NCBI RefSeq assembly: GCF_963921235.1
Contig: NC_086097.1
Location: 89,468,001-89,532,000 of the forward strand
Length of the DNA stretch: 64,000 nucleotides
Direction of reading: 5' to 3'
DNA from: Mobula hypostoma
Taxonomy: Eukaryota
The notes below the pieces were generated by a model that was not told the DNA's origin, did no database searches, and was given only the letters and a program-made list of their open reading frames with translations. Within the stretch, counting starts at the first letter, position 1. Each line of letters opens with the position of its first letter. A program made the translations under genes and the position numbers. Below are positions 52,271 through 64,000 of this stretch, in pieces.

Positions 52271-54421
52271 GTACATTTTTATTAACACTTAGCTAATCTA
52301 TGTGTAGTGCAAGACAAACATTGTGATTACAATTCATAAGGCATCCTGAAAATTTACTTGCTATTTAATTGGACCTACAAGATAAACTTACGATGATTTA
52401 GGTTTTCAGATTGAGGGAGGTAAGTTAGTCAGGAAGCCAAAAGAACCTCTGTACCTTTCATTAATTTTACCTTGTCATCTCAAAAGATTGACAAACAAGT
52501 TCTGCTCAATATTAGTACCCTCATGGAAATAAATAGTTTGGTAATTTTCCATATTCTTGTGGGATTTGGCTCTGTACAAACTATGCTTGCTGTTGTTAAT
52601 TGTCAGAGTAATTATGGTCCGAAGACTCCCTGAAGATTGAGGGCACTATCTAAGGGATTTATTTTCCCCTGTTCATTTGGTGCAAAGGATACCAGACTTT
52701 TGCAAGAAAATACATGAGTTCTTTTGATGTTCCAGTCAAAGTCAGTCTCTTCCCCACACTTGTTTGATTCCTAAATTTCCCAACACTTCTGTCCAATTAA
52801 TTCTTAATGCCCACATTCCTGGAAGTCCTTTGAACAAGTTGCCAGATTGCTTTCTATCCTAATCTTGGTTAGTTGAACCATGACTTTTAAAGCCAGCTTT
52901 TGAAAATTTGTTCTTGTTAGAGATATGTTGTCATAGTCTAAAACTGTAATATACAAGAACCATGTACAGAAATGAGAAAAAAACTGTCTAAATATAGCTA
53001 TCAATAATCATCAGTCTTGAAGTTACGGAAGGACAATTGCATGAATACACACAAGTGTCCATGAAGAGAGAAAGATATGGAGACTCACACCAGTAGGGCG
53101 CTTAAACAGACTCGACCATGAGATACTTGCATATGCACTAACCAGGTGCATGGATGACATTAAAAATCATGTTAATTGCTCTACATCAAACTGGGCTCCA
53201 AGATATTTTGCACCAATGTGACAGAGAACAAGGTTTCATAATGACTATTTTGCCAGTTAGCACATCAAAAGTGATTACAGTCGATTATTTCTATACCCAG
53301 AGAGACAACCCTCACAATACTGTGATCAAATAAGTGTAGATTTAGTGTCTGGAACTTTTAAACCATCCATGCAAATTACTTTCTTCCAACCAGAGGTTTG
53401 AATTACAGCTCACCTTGTCAGTTAGAATACACTTCCACTGTGGATATATAACTCTATCAATAATTCATCCACAACCATAATACTGAAGCAAACCAAACAG
53501 TGGTATTTAGTCATCTGCTATCTTTGTAATGGGAAAGAGTGGAACATTTCTGCCACTTCAGAGAGATTCTACCAGCAGGTCTGTCTTTGATGATGGATGT
53601 GCTGCTTGTGAGTCTGCCTCACCAGCGGATTTAAAGCCCTTGGATGAAGTTCAAGCTCAAAGCATTGAGATTATGTTGTGGTGTTATTAAATCATCTCCA
53701 GTTTCGGCATTACTGGTAGAAATGGGTGAAGCACTTTTACATCTACACAGGTTACTGTTAGCAATGGTTTATTGGGTTAATGTGAGAAGATGTAAAGTAA
53801 GTCATCCAATATTGCCAACATTAATAGAAGATTGGAGACACTGCATTCATAGGCTCTTCGGGTTTGGGTGGCAGGGAAGTGAGTGGGTACAAAATCTTGA
53901 GTTGCTTAATATGGAACACGATCCCAGTGTACCCCCTTTCTGGGGCTCCTCCATGTTTCTTCTTCCCTTGCCTGTGGTTGATTTAGGCCTTCAGGAAAAG
54001 ATCAGGATGAGTGATTGTATATCTGTGGCACATGAAGTTCAGCAAGGAAGATATTATGGATTCTTGCAAATCTACACAGATGGTTCAAAAGATCCAGTGA
54101 TAGGCCGTTCAGGTGTTTCTATTATGTCCAAAGTTTCAGGTGACTGTGTAAGAAAAGATTATCAGATAAAGTATCAGTTTTCACGTCTGAGATGGTTGCT
54201 AACATTTTAGCCTTGGAATGAATTGAAGAAGTATACCCTGATTATGTGCATCTGATTCCTTCTTGATTTTGACATCTATTAAAACAGGCATTTCAAATTG
54301 TAGACCAGACATTCTTCTTGAGAGTCAACACCACCTGTTGATGATGCAGGGTCTAGGCTTGTGTATACATTTCTTCTGGGTCCATGCCCATGTTGGGGTT
54401 GAAGGAAAGAAGGTGACAGAT

Positions 54422-54868
54422 ATTCCGTCCTTCGACTCACTTTACACCGCACCCTGTTGGAGCAGTGCTGCCAGGATAATCAAGGACAACACCCACCCAG
54501 CCAACACACTTTTCGTCCCTCTTCCCTCCGGGAGAAGGCTCAGGAGCTTGAAGACTTTTACGGCCAAATTTGGGAACAGCTTCTTTCCAACTGTGATAAG
54601 ACTGCTGAACGGATCCTGACCTGGATCTAGGCCCTACCCTCCAAATATCTGGTCCTGCCTCTCGGTTTTTTTGCACTACCTTACTTTCCATTTTTCTATT
54701 TTCTATTTATGATTTACAATTTAAATTTTTAATATTTACTAATTTTTACTATTTTTAATATTTTTAATATTTAATATTTGTAATCCAGGGAACGGGAAGC
54801 GCAGAATCACATATTGCTGTGATATTGTACGTTCTAGTATCAATTGTTTGGCGACAATAAAGTATAAA
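54422..54868 (+). mobile_element. Short Rex1/Babar family B copy
   Basis: Closely similar to 38870-39308. Confidence 0.88.
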
Positions 54869-54924
54869 CAATCACTTAAAATTAAGGATATAAATGTGGT
54901 GATGCCTTTGCACCTCTGAACCAT

Positions 54925-56124
54925 GTCTACCTGCTGAACCGTGTCTACGCCCACCTGGACAAGCCAGCGAGCACTGTGAGGGTCATGTTTTTTGACTTCT
55001 CCAGTGCGTTCAACACCATCCGCCCTGCTCTGCTGGGGGAGAAGCTGACAGTGATGCAGGTGGATGCTTCCCTGGTATCATGGATTCTTGATTACCTGAT
55101 TGGCAGACCACAGTACGTGTGCTTGCAACACTGTGTGTCTGACAGAGTGATCAGCAGCACTGGGGCTCCACAGGGGACTGTCTTGTCTCCCTTTCTCTTC
55201 ACCATTTACACCTCAGACTTCAACTACTGCACAGAGTCTTGTCATCTTCAGAAGTTTTCGGATGACTCTGCCATAGTTGGATGTATCAGCAAGGGAGATG
55301 AGGTCGAGTACAGGGCTACTGTAGGAAACTTTATCACATGGTGTGAGCAGAATTATCTGCAGCTTAACGTGAAAAAGACTTAAGGAACTGGTGGTAGACC
55401 TGAGGAGAGCTAAGGTACCGGTGACCCCTGTTTTCATCCAGGGGGTCAGTGTGGGCATGGTGGAGGATTACAAATACCTGGGGATATGAATTGACAATAA
55501 ACTGGACTGGTCAAAGAACACTGAGGCTGTCTACAAGAAGGGTCAGAGCCGTCTCTATTTCCTGAGGAGACTGAGGTCCTTTAACATCTGCCGGACAATG
55601 CTGAGGATGTTCTACGAGTCTGTGATGGCCAGTGCTATCATTTTTGCTGTTGTGTGCTGGGGTAGCAGGCTGAGGGTGGCAGACACCAACAGAATCAACA
55701 AACTCATTCGTAAGGCCAGTGATGTTGTGGGGATGGAACTGGACTCTCTCACGGTGGTGTCTGAAAAGAGGATGCTGTCTAAGTTGCATGCCATTTTGGT
55801 CAATGTCTCCCATCCACTACATAATGTACTGGGTGGGCACAGGAGTACATTCAGCCAGAGACTCATTCCACCGAGATGCAGCACAGAGCGTCATAGGAAG
55901 TCATTCCTGCCTGTGGCCATCAAACTTTACAACTCCTCCCTTGGAGGGTCAGACATCCTGAACCAATAGGCTGGTCCTGGACTTATTTCATAATTTACTG
56001 GCATAATTTACATATTACTATTTAACTATTTATGGTTCTATTACTATTTATTATTTATGGTGCAACTGTAACGAAAACCAATTTCCCCTTGGTATCAATA
56101 AAGTATGACCATGACTATGACTAT
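54925..56124 (+). mobile_element. 5'-truncated Rex1/Babar family A copy
   Basis: ORFs 54976-55383 and 55598-55969 nearly identical to those of the 40070-43265 element; atgact tail repeats. Confidence 0.92.
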
Positions 56125-56186
56125 AAAGGGCAGTTGAAAGCCATAAATAAAAAGTCTATTCAGTCACTGTGGCAACAAAGTTAGTA

Positions 56187-56965
56187 CAGGCCAACCTTCT
56201 ATAATCCGGCACCATTGGGACCTGAGAAGTGCCGGATTAGTGAAAATGCCAAATTACAGACGGATCACATTAAGCAATAGCTAACCACCTCATCATACCT
56301 TTAAAATATCATGTAAATCAATACAAGTTAGATAATAATGAAACAGAAATATAAATGAGTAGCAAGTGAAGTTTTACTAAAGTAATATACTGTACAGGCA
56401 CAGATAAAATAAAGGATACAGGTAAATGTACAGGAATTAACTTATACAAAACAGTTGAGCACTTCCGCTTCAAAGTGAGACATTTAATATACCTTCAGTC
56501 GCAGTTACTGAGGGAATCCATGTTAGTTTCTTTTCCTCCACTTAGTAATATGCTTAAATTCAGCAGGTCACCATGTCTGATCTGAGGTCGTAGGCAGAAG
56601 AGAACGGAGCGCCGGCCGGGCAATGCCAGAGGGCAGTGTGCGACTGCTGGCAGGTGGGCGAGAGGGCGGACTGACCCAGTGCGCGCCAGCTCCCCCGCCG
56701 TTGGCAGGTGAGACGGGCGGGTGCCGGGCGGCCGCGCCTCACGCAAATGATATTAATAAATGCAGGAAAACAAGCAGGAATCGCCTGTCTGCTTACAAGA
56801 GCGTGCCAACACGTGAACAGATCTAGTGCAAGCAAAACAATGTGCAGCAGATTGGTACGGTGGCCCAGGAAATTTGAAATTACAGTTGCACAGAAAATTT
56901 GAAATCAGTGCCGGATTACCGAAGGAACCGGATTACAGGTAGTCGGATTAGTGAAGGTCGACCTG
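56187..56965. mobile_element. Non-autonomous Tc1/mariner-superfamily (Tigger/pogo-like) TIR element
   Basis: TA TSD (56185-56186, 56966-56967); TIRs CAGGCCAACCTTCTATAATCCG / CAGGTCGACCTTCACTAATCCG; repeated subterminal CCGGATTA motifs. Confidence 0.85.
56493..56742 (-). pseudogene. rDNA fragment: 5' end of 28S rRNA (56590-56493) preceded by a GC-rich presumed ITS2 3' end
   Basis: Minus strand reads CGACCTCAGATCAGAC..GCTGAATTTAAGCATATTACTAAG..GAGGAAAAGAAACTAAC..GGATTCCCTCAGTAAC, the conserved 28S start; CpG-type decay. Confidence 0.92.
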
Positions 56966-57159
56966 TATAAGGAAAAGCAAGCACGCCATTTATATAAAAT
57001 TCAGAGGATGGTGGGAACTCAACTGGAAGATGAGTATAAAGGGAGTGAAGAAGTTATACTTACATGTTTACGTATTTGCAATACTAGGTTAAATAACTCC
57101 TTGTTCAGAATTAATCTGCATGTTACGGGCATTTGTAGCGAGTGCAAGAAATAGTGCAG

Positions 57160-57400
57160 TATTTATTTTCTTTATTGAGATACAGCACAGAATAGGCCCT
57201 TCCAGCCCTTAGAGCTGCACTGGCCAGCAATCCCCCGATTTAACCCTCGCCTAATCAGGGTACAATTTACAATAGTCAATTAACCTACCAGCCCTTAGGT
57301 CTTTGGACAGTGGGAGAAAACCAAGGCGGTCACAGGGAGAACGTACAAACCCCTTATGGGCCGTGGAGGGAATTGAACCCATGTCGCTGTTATTCAAAGT
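57160..57400 (-). mobile_element. V-SINE (HE1-like)
   Basis: Reverse-complement match to 2520-2720 plus B-box GGGTTCAATTCC. Confidence 0.7.
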
Positions 57401-59098
57401 CGTGTTAGAATGCAGTTCCTATGAGGTGCAAAGGAAGTACCTTTTTTGATCTAAATTGAGATCTTTGGGACAGACACAGTTTAACATGGAAATTTTGTCA
57501 GGATATCACTGCTGCCATAATGTATATAAGTGCATATTTGACTTTCTGAAAAGCATTAGACTTTTTGATATTATTTGAGTTTACTTCCTGTCTCTTTGGT
57601 CTATGCTCCAATTCAGTAGGAGGCAGTAATGCACCGTATGTTGGTCTGCCAGCTGCCATTAAACTCTGCAAGAAAAAGAGATTCTACCCTTTTAGCTGTA
57701 AGAAGCAGTTAAATCGGCTGGGAGTTTGAGTCTGAAGCTAGAGGGTATAGGTTTAGTGTAAAAGGGGAAAGTTTTCAAAGGGATTTGAGGGTTTTCTAAG
57801 AAAGAAACACAGATAGAGGCAGGTACGTGGAATGAGCTACCAGAGGAAGTGATAGGGGCAGGTACATGGATAGAAAAGATTTAGAAAGATTTGAGCCAAA
57901 CACAGGGAGTGGTTTAAACAAAGAGCTTGGTCAGCATGGACACTTTGGGCCAAAGGACCCATTTTTGTGCTGTATTAACATTGTGCAACTGTTTGAGCTG
58001 GTTAAACACCTATTAACATCCACAATTCTGGTCTCTGTGTGGTTCATTCAATCACGGCAGCCACCTCAAAGGAACCAGAAAATGATCAAAGGAGCCAGAA
58101 ATCAGAAGAAAGAACAAGTAGTTAGCTGGGTGTGGGAAGTCCTAGGTCTCATTCTGAGTCATCTCCTGCAGGAGAGGAATAGTAAAACGACAGGAAGGCA
58201 CATCCCCACACCTCCAGCACTTTTCAAATTAATTTTGTTCGCTGGCTTTAAGACAACTGGTGAGGCTGATCCATAAGCGACGCATGAATAATCAAAGACA
58301 GGCCTGATTAAAGCAAACTACATTTGTTTAAGTGACCTCCTGCTCACACCCTAATCACATTAAACTAAGCACCTGAGCACTTTAAGGGCTTCACTTATAC
58401 TCCTCTGGAATTTTATTCACAGCACCTTCCATGTTAGCCTTCTGTCCATCCACATACCAAGAAAGATCACCACTGACTTTTGTTTCAGAGATTTACCACT
58501 TAACTTGTGATGAATTGTGGGTGGAATGTTCCTTTTAGAAAAACGAGTAACTTGAGCCTATGCAACAGAAACCCCACCAACATCCCAATTCCTCTACTTC
58601 ATTAATAGCTGCCTGCATTTTCCTAACAATATAATTTATTTTCTTGCCTCTCTTCCACAGGGCACCATCATTAGCCTGTAATGATTTGGAAATAACTGAC
58701 TCAATATTTTTAAAAAATCATCAATCATAATACTAAAAAGGAGTGGTCTGCACTCACCCCCTGTGAAGTCCCATTCTCTATCTCATACTCTTTAAAGAAT
58801 GTTGTTCCCGCACTAACTTGTATCTTCAGCTCACATAAAATATTATGAATCCAATTGAACATTCTACCACCTACCCCCATCTTTTCAAGTTTAAGCAACA
58901 AACCTTATGTCTATAACATATCATGCTTCCTCTATGTCAAAAAATACTGCTATCACTAATTTTTTATTAACTTGGTCCTTACGAATATCAGATTCCCAAC
59001 TTAACACCAAGTCCATGATCATGCTCCCTTTACAATATCTGGATTGGGATACAGCTAATTTCTCAACACCTTCCACAAAATAAGAAAGCCTTGCTATA

Positions 59099-62000
59099 CA
59101 AACACACAAAATGCTGGAGGAACTCAGCAGGCCAGGCAGCATCTATGGCAGGGGTGTCAAACTCATTTTAGGTCACAGGCTGGATTCGACAAAATGTGAC
59201 TTCATGCGGGCCGGGTCAGTTGTGCACACGCACGTACTTCCACAGCTTTCGTTGCCTTCGTATTTTCAACCTGCTCTCATGTGTCTCAGTCTCTGCTATA
59301 ACTACAAAGGGCTTCACTTTACGAATTTTGTTTCTTATGAAGAAGATTGCCCAGCAAGCATTACTTTTATGATTGGTATTAACTTACAGTCGTAGACTAC
59401 AAGAAAGTTGTGATGAGAGAGAGAAAAAACGATGCTATTTTGGCTAAGATTGATTTGGGAGCCACACCCTTTCCATTAGTGAACCATTTGAAATCGAACA
59501 TTGGCAGATACAAATGTAGACCTAACGAAACAAATTGTAAATGTAGGCTACACAACTGCACCTAATTTTTATTAGCCTGCTTCCAGCAGTCAAGCTCAGA
59601 CAATGAACACAGTTAGCCTCTAATTTTTATTGAAGTGATCACATTTACAATAATGGAATAGTCAGAAAATGAATGAATCACAATATTATGACACTCAATA
59701 TTTCATAATGCATTTTGCTTACATGTCGCAGTGCATCGAACAGTGTCACTCATTTTTCACTTGCTGCTTCCAGACTCCTGACATCTCTTGGCTTTAACCA
59801 GCCTGTCAACACCAGGGACCAGTTTCTGGGCAGTTGTAATTTTCATAATATCATTTAGGTGTCTGTGTGTCAGTTGCGAGCACAGTTTGGATTTGTTAAT
59901 GTTCGTTATGGAGAACACCTGCTCACAAAGATATGTTGTCCCGAACATGCAAAGGATCTTTGAGATAACGTCTGTCATCTTGGTTTACGTCGGTCCCAGG
60001 TATTGATAGAATGAGTCCAGACCCACAGTCTCAAATTTATATTTCAAGGCTGAGATACACTGAATTTCAATTAGTTCCATTTGGAGTTCCTCCAGCACAT
60101 CTGATGCTGTGTTGACGGCAAATGGTGAGCAAAATAGTGAGAATTCCTTCTCGAGCTGAGTGAAGACTTGGAACCAATTCTGAAACTCACTTTTCTGCCA
60201 TGATATTTTGTCCTTGTTATTGTCCACGTTGTCATTATTCCCATGAGCGACACGCACAGACTGCAAAGAGGGGAAATGAGCTGGGTTTCTCCAGGATAGT
60301 TGCATCTCCCACAGGCCTAATTGAATTTGAAAGGCACGAATGCTGTCGTAGTATTCCGTAACGAGTTTGTTGCGGCCTTGCATGTTAACATTAAGCACAC
60401 TTAAGTACTCTGTTATATCCACCAAAAACGCAAGATCATGAAGCCTGTCTTGGTCATCCAACTCTGCCACTGGCTTCCCTTTCTCATTCATGAATAGTCC
60501 AATTTCCGCACGTAATTGAAAAAAATGTTTGACCACAACCCCTCTGCTCAACCAGCGGACTTCAGTGTGGTAGGGTAGGCCGCGTCCAATATTACTTTCG
60601 GACAAAAGAGTGTCAAATTGCCGATGGTTAAGTCACTTGACTCTAATAAAATTAACCGTTTTGATTACTACATCCATGACATTGTCCATTTTCAGGCTCC
60701 CGCTACATAACGCCTCTTGGTGTATAATATTCCAGAATTCCTGCTCTAGATTCTCTGTCTGAACTTTCTCTCTGAGTTTCACAACAGCACCTGCCTTTTC
60801 CCCACCATGGACGGTGCGCCATCTGTTGCCACGCTGACAGCGTGACTCCAGTCAACCCTCAGTCTGTCCAGGGCCTCGACGAGGCTGGAGAAAACATCGT
60901 TCGCCGTTGTGGTGTTTATCATGGGCACCGTCTCCACAAACTCCTCGGTGACGGTCAAAGATGCATCAACACCACGAATAAATATTCCCAATTGAGCTAC
61001 ATCAGTCACGTCGGTGCTCTCATCAATTGCAATAGAGAAGGCAATAAATGACTTCACTTTGTCTTTTAGTTGACTGTTCAAATCTCCTGCAAGGTCCCTG
61101 ATTCTCTCTGCCACAGTATTTCTTGACAAGCTGATATTACCAAAAGTCTGTCTCTTCTCAGGGCACACCAGCTCAGCCACTGTCAGCATGCATGCTTTGA
61201 TGAGATCCCCCTCTGAGTATGGCTTCGACGCAGCAGCTATTTTGTTGGCAATAATATAGCTGGCCTTGACTGCTCCATCATGAGTCTCTCGACTTTTGGT
61301 GAACACTGACTGCTGTTTTTTCAGAGCTGCTTCAAGCTCGTTTACCTTTTGCGTTCTGAGTCATCCTGCGTACGTGTGACGTCTCATAGTGTCGTTTGAT
61401 ATTGTACTCTTTTGCCACAGCCACCTGTTGCGAGCATATCAGACACACAGGTTTGCCATTGACCTCACAGAAGAAAATACGATCTTTCCAATTATCATTG
61501 AATATCCGACCTTCAATGTTAACTTTTCTTTTCTTGGAAAGCATTTGAACCACAGCAGCAAACAGTCTCAGCCTTGCTACAGGTGTTACTTACCTGAGTA
61601 CTCTGTGTGTTTATTCTGTGTCTGACGACGTAAGTGGGGCCCTAGTGGTCTTCAGTACAGGGTGGTAGGTGCTTGTGCACAGCCGGTGGTTAACTGCCGC
61701 CTATTGTTTTCTAAGTACACACAACAAGCTGCCAGCGCAGCAGGCGGCCCAGACAGCGGTGGGAGAGAGAGCGGCTGCCGTACAGATACATAATAAATGG
61801 TCATGAATATACTTTTTTTTCCCCCAAAACATCCCGCGGGCCGGATTGGACCCCTTCGTGGGCCGGTAGTTTGGCACCCCTGATCTATGGAAAAAAGTAC
61901 AGTTGACGTTTCGGACCAAAACCCCTCAGCAGAACTGGAGAAAAAAAGCTGGGAGGTAGATTTAAAAGGTGGGAGGAGGGAAGAGAGGAAAACACAAGGT

Positions 62001-63070
62001 GATAGGTGAGACCTGAAGGGGAAAGATGAAGTAAAGAACTGGAAAGTTGATTGATGAAAGAGATCGAAGGCTATGGAAGAAAGAAAAGAGGGGAGGAGCA
62101 CCTGAGGTAGGTGATGGGCAGGGAAGGAGATAAGGTGAGAGGAAAAAGGGGATGGGGGTCATTACCAGAAATTCAAGAAATTGAAATTCATGCCTTCAGG
62201 TTGGAGGCTACCCAAATGGAATATAAAGTGTTGTTCCTCCAATCTAAGTGTGGTCTTCTTCATGACAATAGAGGAGGCCATGGGTAGACAAATCAGAACA
62301 AGAATGGGAAGTGGAATTAAAATGGGTAGCCACTGGGAGATCCCACTTTTTCTGGTGGGCGGAGCGTAGGTGCTCGGCAAAATGGTCTCCCAATCTACGT
62401 TGGGCCTCACCGATATATGGGAGGCCATACCGGGAGCACCGCTCACAGTAAATGACCCCAACAGACTCGCAGGTGAAGTGTCACCCCACCTGGAGGATTG
62501 TTTAGGGCCCTGAATGGTAGTGAGGGAGGAAGTGTAGGGGGCAGGTGTAGCACTTGTTCCGCTTGCAAGGATAAGTGACAGGAGATCAGTGGAGAGGGAA
62601 AAATGGAGAAGGGAATCATGTAAGAAGAGATCCCTGTGGAAAGCAGAAAGTGGAGGGGAGGGAGGAGGAGGGAAAGACGTGCTTGGTGGTGGGATCCTGT
62701 TGGAGATGGTGGAAGTTTCAAAGAGTTATAAGTTATGTGCTGGGCACAGAGGCTGGTGGGGTAGTGGGTGAGGACAAGAGGAACCCTATCCCTAGTAGGG
62801 TGGTGGGAGGATGGGGTAAGGCCAGACCCAATGTGAAATGGAAGAGAAGCAGTTGAGGGCAGCGTTGATGGTGGAGGAAAGGAAGCTCCTTTCTTTGGAG
62901 AAAGAGAACATCTCCTTTGTTCTAAAACGAAAAGCCTCATCCTGACAGCAGATGTGGCAGGGATGGAGGAATTGAGAGAAGGTGATGGTGTTTTCACAAG
63001 TAACAGGGTGGGTAGAGGTATAGTCCAGGTAGCTGTGAGAGACCGTGGGTTTATAATAGATATCAGTGAA
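59099..63070 (-). mobile_element. Penelope-like element 3' part (59099-59148 and 61883-63070), split by a hAT
   Basis: Reverse-complement similarity to 49930-51230 (RDRVPLVLTHYP; RLEEQHFIFHLGSLQPEGMN). Confidence 0.88.
59149..61882 (-). mobile_element. Full-length hAT transposon of the Buster/Charlie group, transposase frameshifted
   Basis: TIRs CAGGGGTGTCAAACT / CAGGGGTGCCAAACT; 8-bp TSD atcTAtgg; BED-like CLIC..RHYETSH, DDE motifs IDESTD, TDGAPSM, VRWLSRG, TTYLCEQVFS over four ORFs. Confidence 0.96.
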
Positions 63071-64000
63071 TGCTATATACTACAACCATTCATTCCATAA
63101 TCTTACATATATGTGAAATTAATGAAATAGTCTATAACTGAAAGGAGCTGATTGATCCTTATTGATCCTTCAATATAAGGATTACAACCACTAATTTTCA
63201 GGAAAGAAGTCGCCCTTCAACCCATATCATATTGTAAAAAATGCCAGAACTAGCATAAGTTTCGAATCCAATAACTATGTAAACGTATTATAATATATAT
63301 AATTCTTCCCAGGTGTTAACTAGCCAGCATTACTAATAGCCCTTTTAAGTTCATACAATGTAGATTTAATATCCAAGCAGGAGGTGGGACATTCTTCTTT
63401 CTTAGAATCTGAAAATTGCTCACCAAAACTATTTCTCTATAAGACCTCGTTTCTTTACTTATATTGGCCGAACTATGGCATGTGTTTTTGCTAATAATTC
63501 TGCTTTTTCAGAGTCAGTAACTGCAACTTTCTCCCCACCATACAAAACTGGCATTGCATCAAATTTTTTCACTTCCCCAATTTTCTGTATCGTGCCCCAA
63601 ATTTCCGCTACCTGGATCTCTTTCCCAGTACGAATGCAGTACGATCTCAAATAGATTTTTTTCGCCTTTCTCACTACTTTTTTAAACTATGGCTTGAGCT
63701 CTTTTACATTCTATGAAAGACGAATAGGGGTAACACTGCTTAACTTTCTTAAAAGCTTTATTCTGCTCCTTCACTGCTCTGTTATATTTCATCGATCCAG
63801 CAGGGAGCAGCTCTCCTTTTATTATCTCCCAGTGATCTGGGAATTGATTCCTTAGCTATTGAGTTGAGCACAGAACACCAGGTATTATTATGTAACTTGA
63901 TATTCTTCAAAACCAAATGATCAGGAAATCTACTTACACATAAATCATCAAATATATCCCAATTTGTCTTTTTAAAATTCCATCTGGGGATATGAGAGCC

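Larger units (their letters stand above)
53576..57665 (+). mobile_element. 3' half of an RNase H-encoding non-LTR retrotransposon (I/Nimb-like), interrupted by Rex LINEs, a TIR element and a SINE
   Basis: ALRLCCGVIKSSPVSALLVE, RNase H IYTDGSK..WVHAHVGVEG, C-terminal ILTCLRICNTRLN..GICSEC. Confidence 0.8.
58244..64000 (-). mobile_element. 5'/RT portion of an I/Nimb-like LINE (58244-59098 and 63071-64000), split by a PLE
   Basis: RT remnants LSWESDIRK..VIAVFFDIEEA and upstream VTDSEKAELLAKT; tgctata duplicated at 59092-59098 and 63071-63077. Confidence 0.75.

Noticed and set aside
53040..53170. Possible exon or conserved element (gtgagt donor-like site on -)
   Set aside because: No recognisable reading frame or homology supportable from sequence alone
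56493..56590. Functional rRNA gene
   Set aside because: Only ~98 nt of 28S, with substitutions in conserved positions, embedded in a transposon
59757..61553. GTF2IRD2/ZBED-like domesticated gene
   Set aside because: Broken into four ORFs and bounded by TIRs and a TSD, so a transposon copy

Overview
Vertebrate genomic DNA, most likely a cartilaginous fish (inferred from the repeat repertoire). Two convergent genes are present. On +, the 3' part of PLEKHG3: a probable 11-nt microexon plus four exons, stop at 19345. On -, the complete five-exon SRP14 (110 aa; ATG at 48465, stop at 24562) with a CpG-rich promoter. Most of the rest is transposable elements: CR1, Rex1/Babar and RNase H-bearing I/Nimb-like LINEs; Penelope-like elements (PLEs); SINEs; and Tc1, Tigger-like, hAT and PIF/Harbinger DNA transposons, often nested with readable TSDs. 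Highlights: a TA-flanked TIR element carrying a captured ITS2-28S rDNA junction; minimal hammerhead ribozyme motifs in PLE tails and PLE-derived fold-back elements; a hAT element that apparently moved using a cryptic end; a Tc1 built from two 3' ends; two Rex copies sharing the same inactivating lesions; and a candidate 4.7-kb inversion splitting a LINE. Homology calls come from remembered family motifs, not database searches. Boundaries of decayed repeats are approximate.
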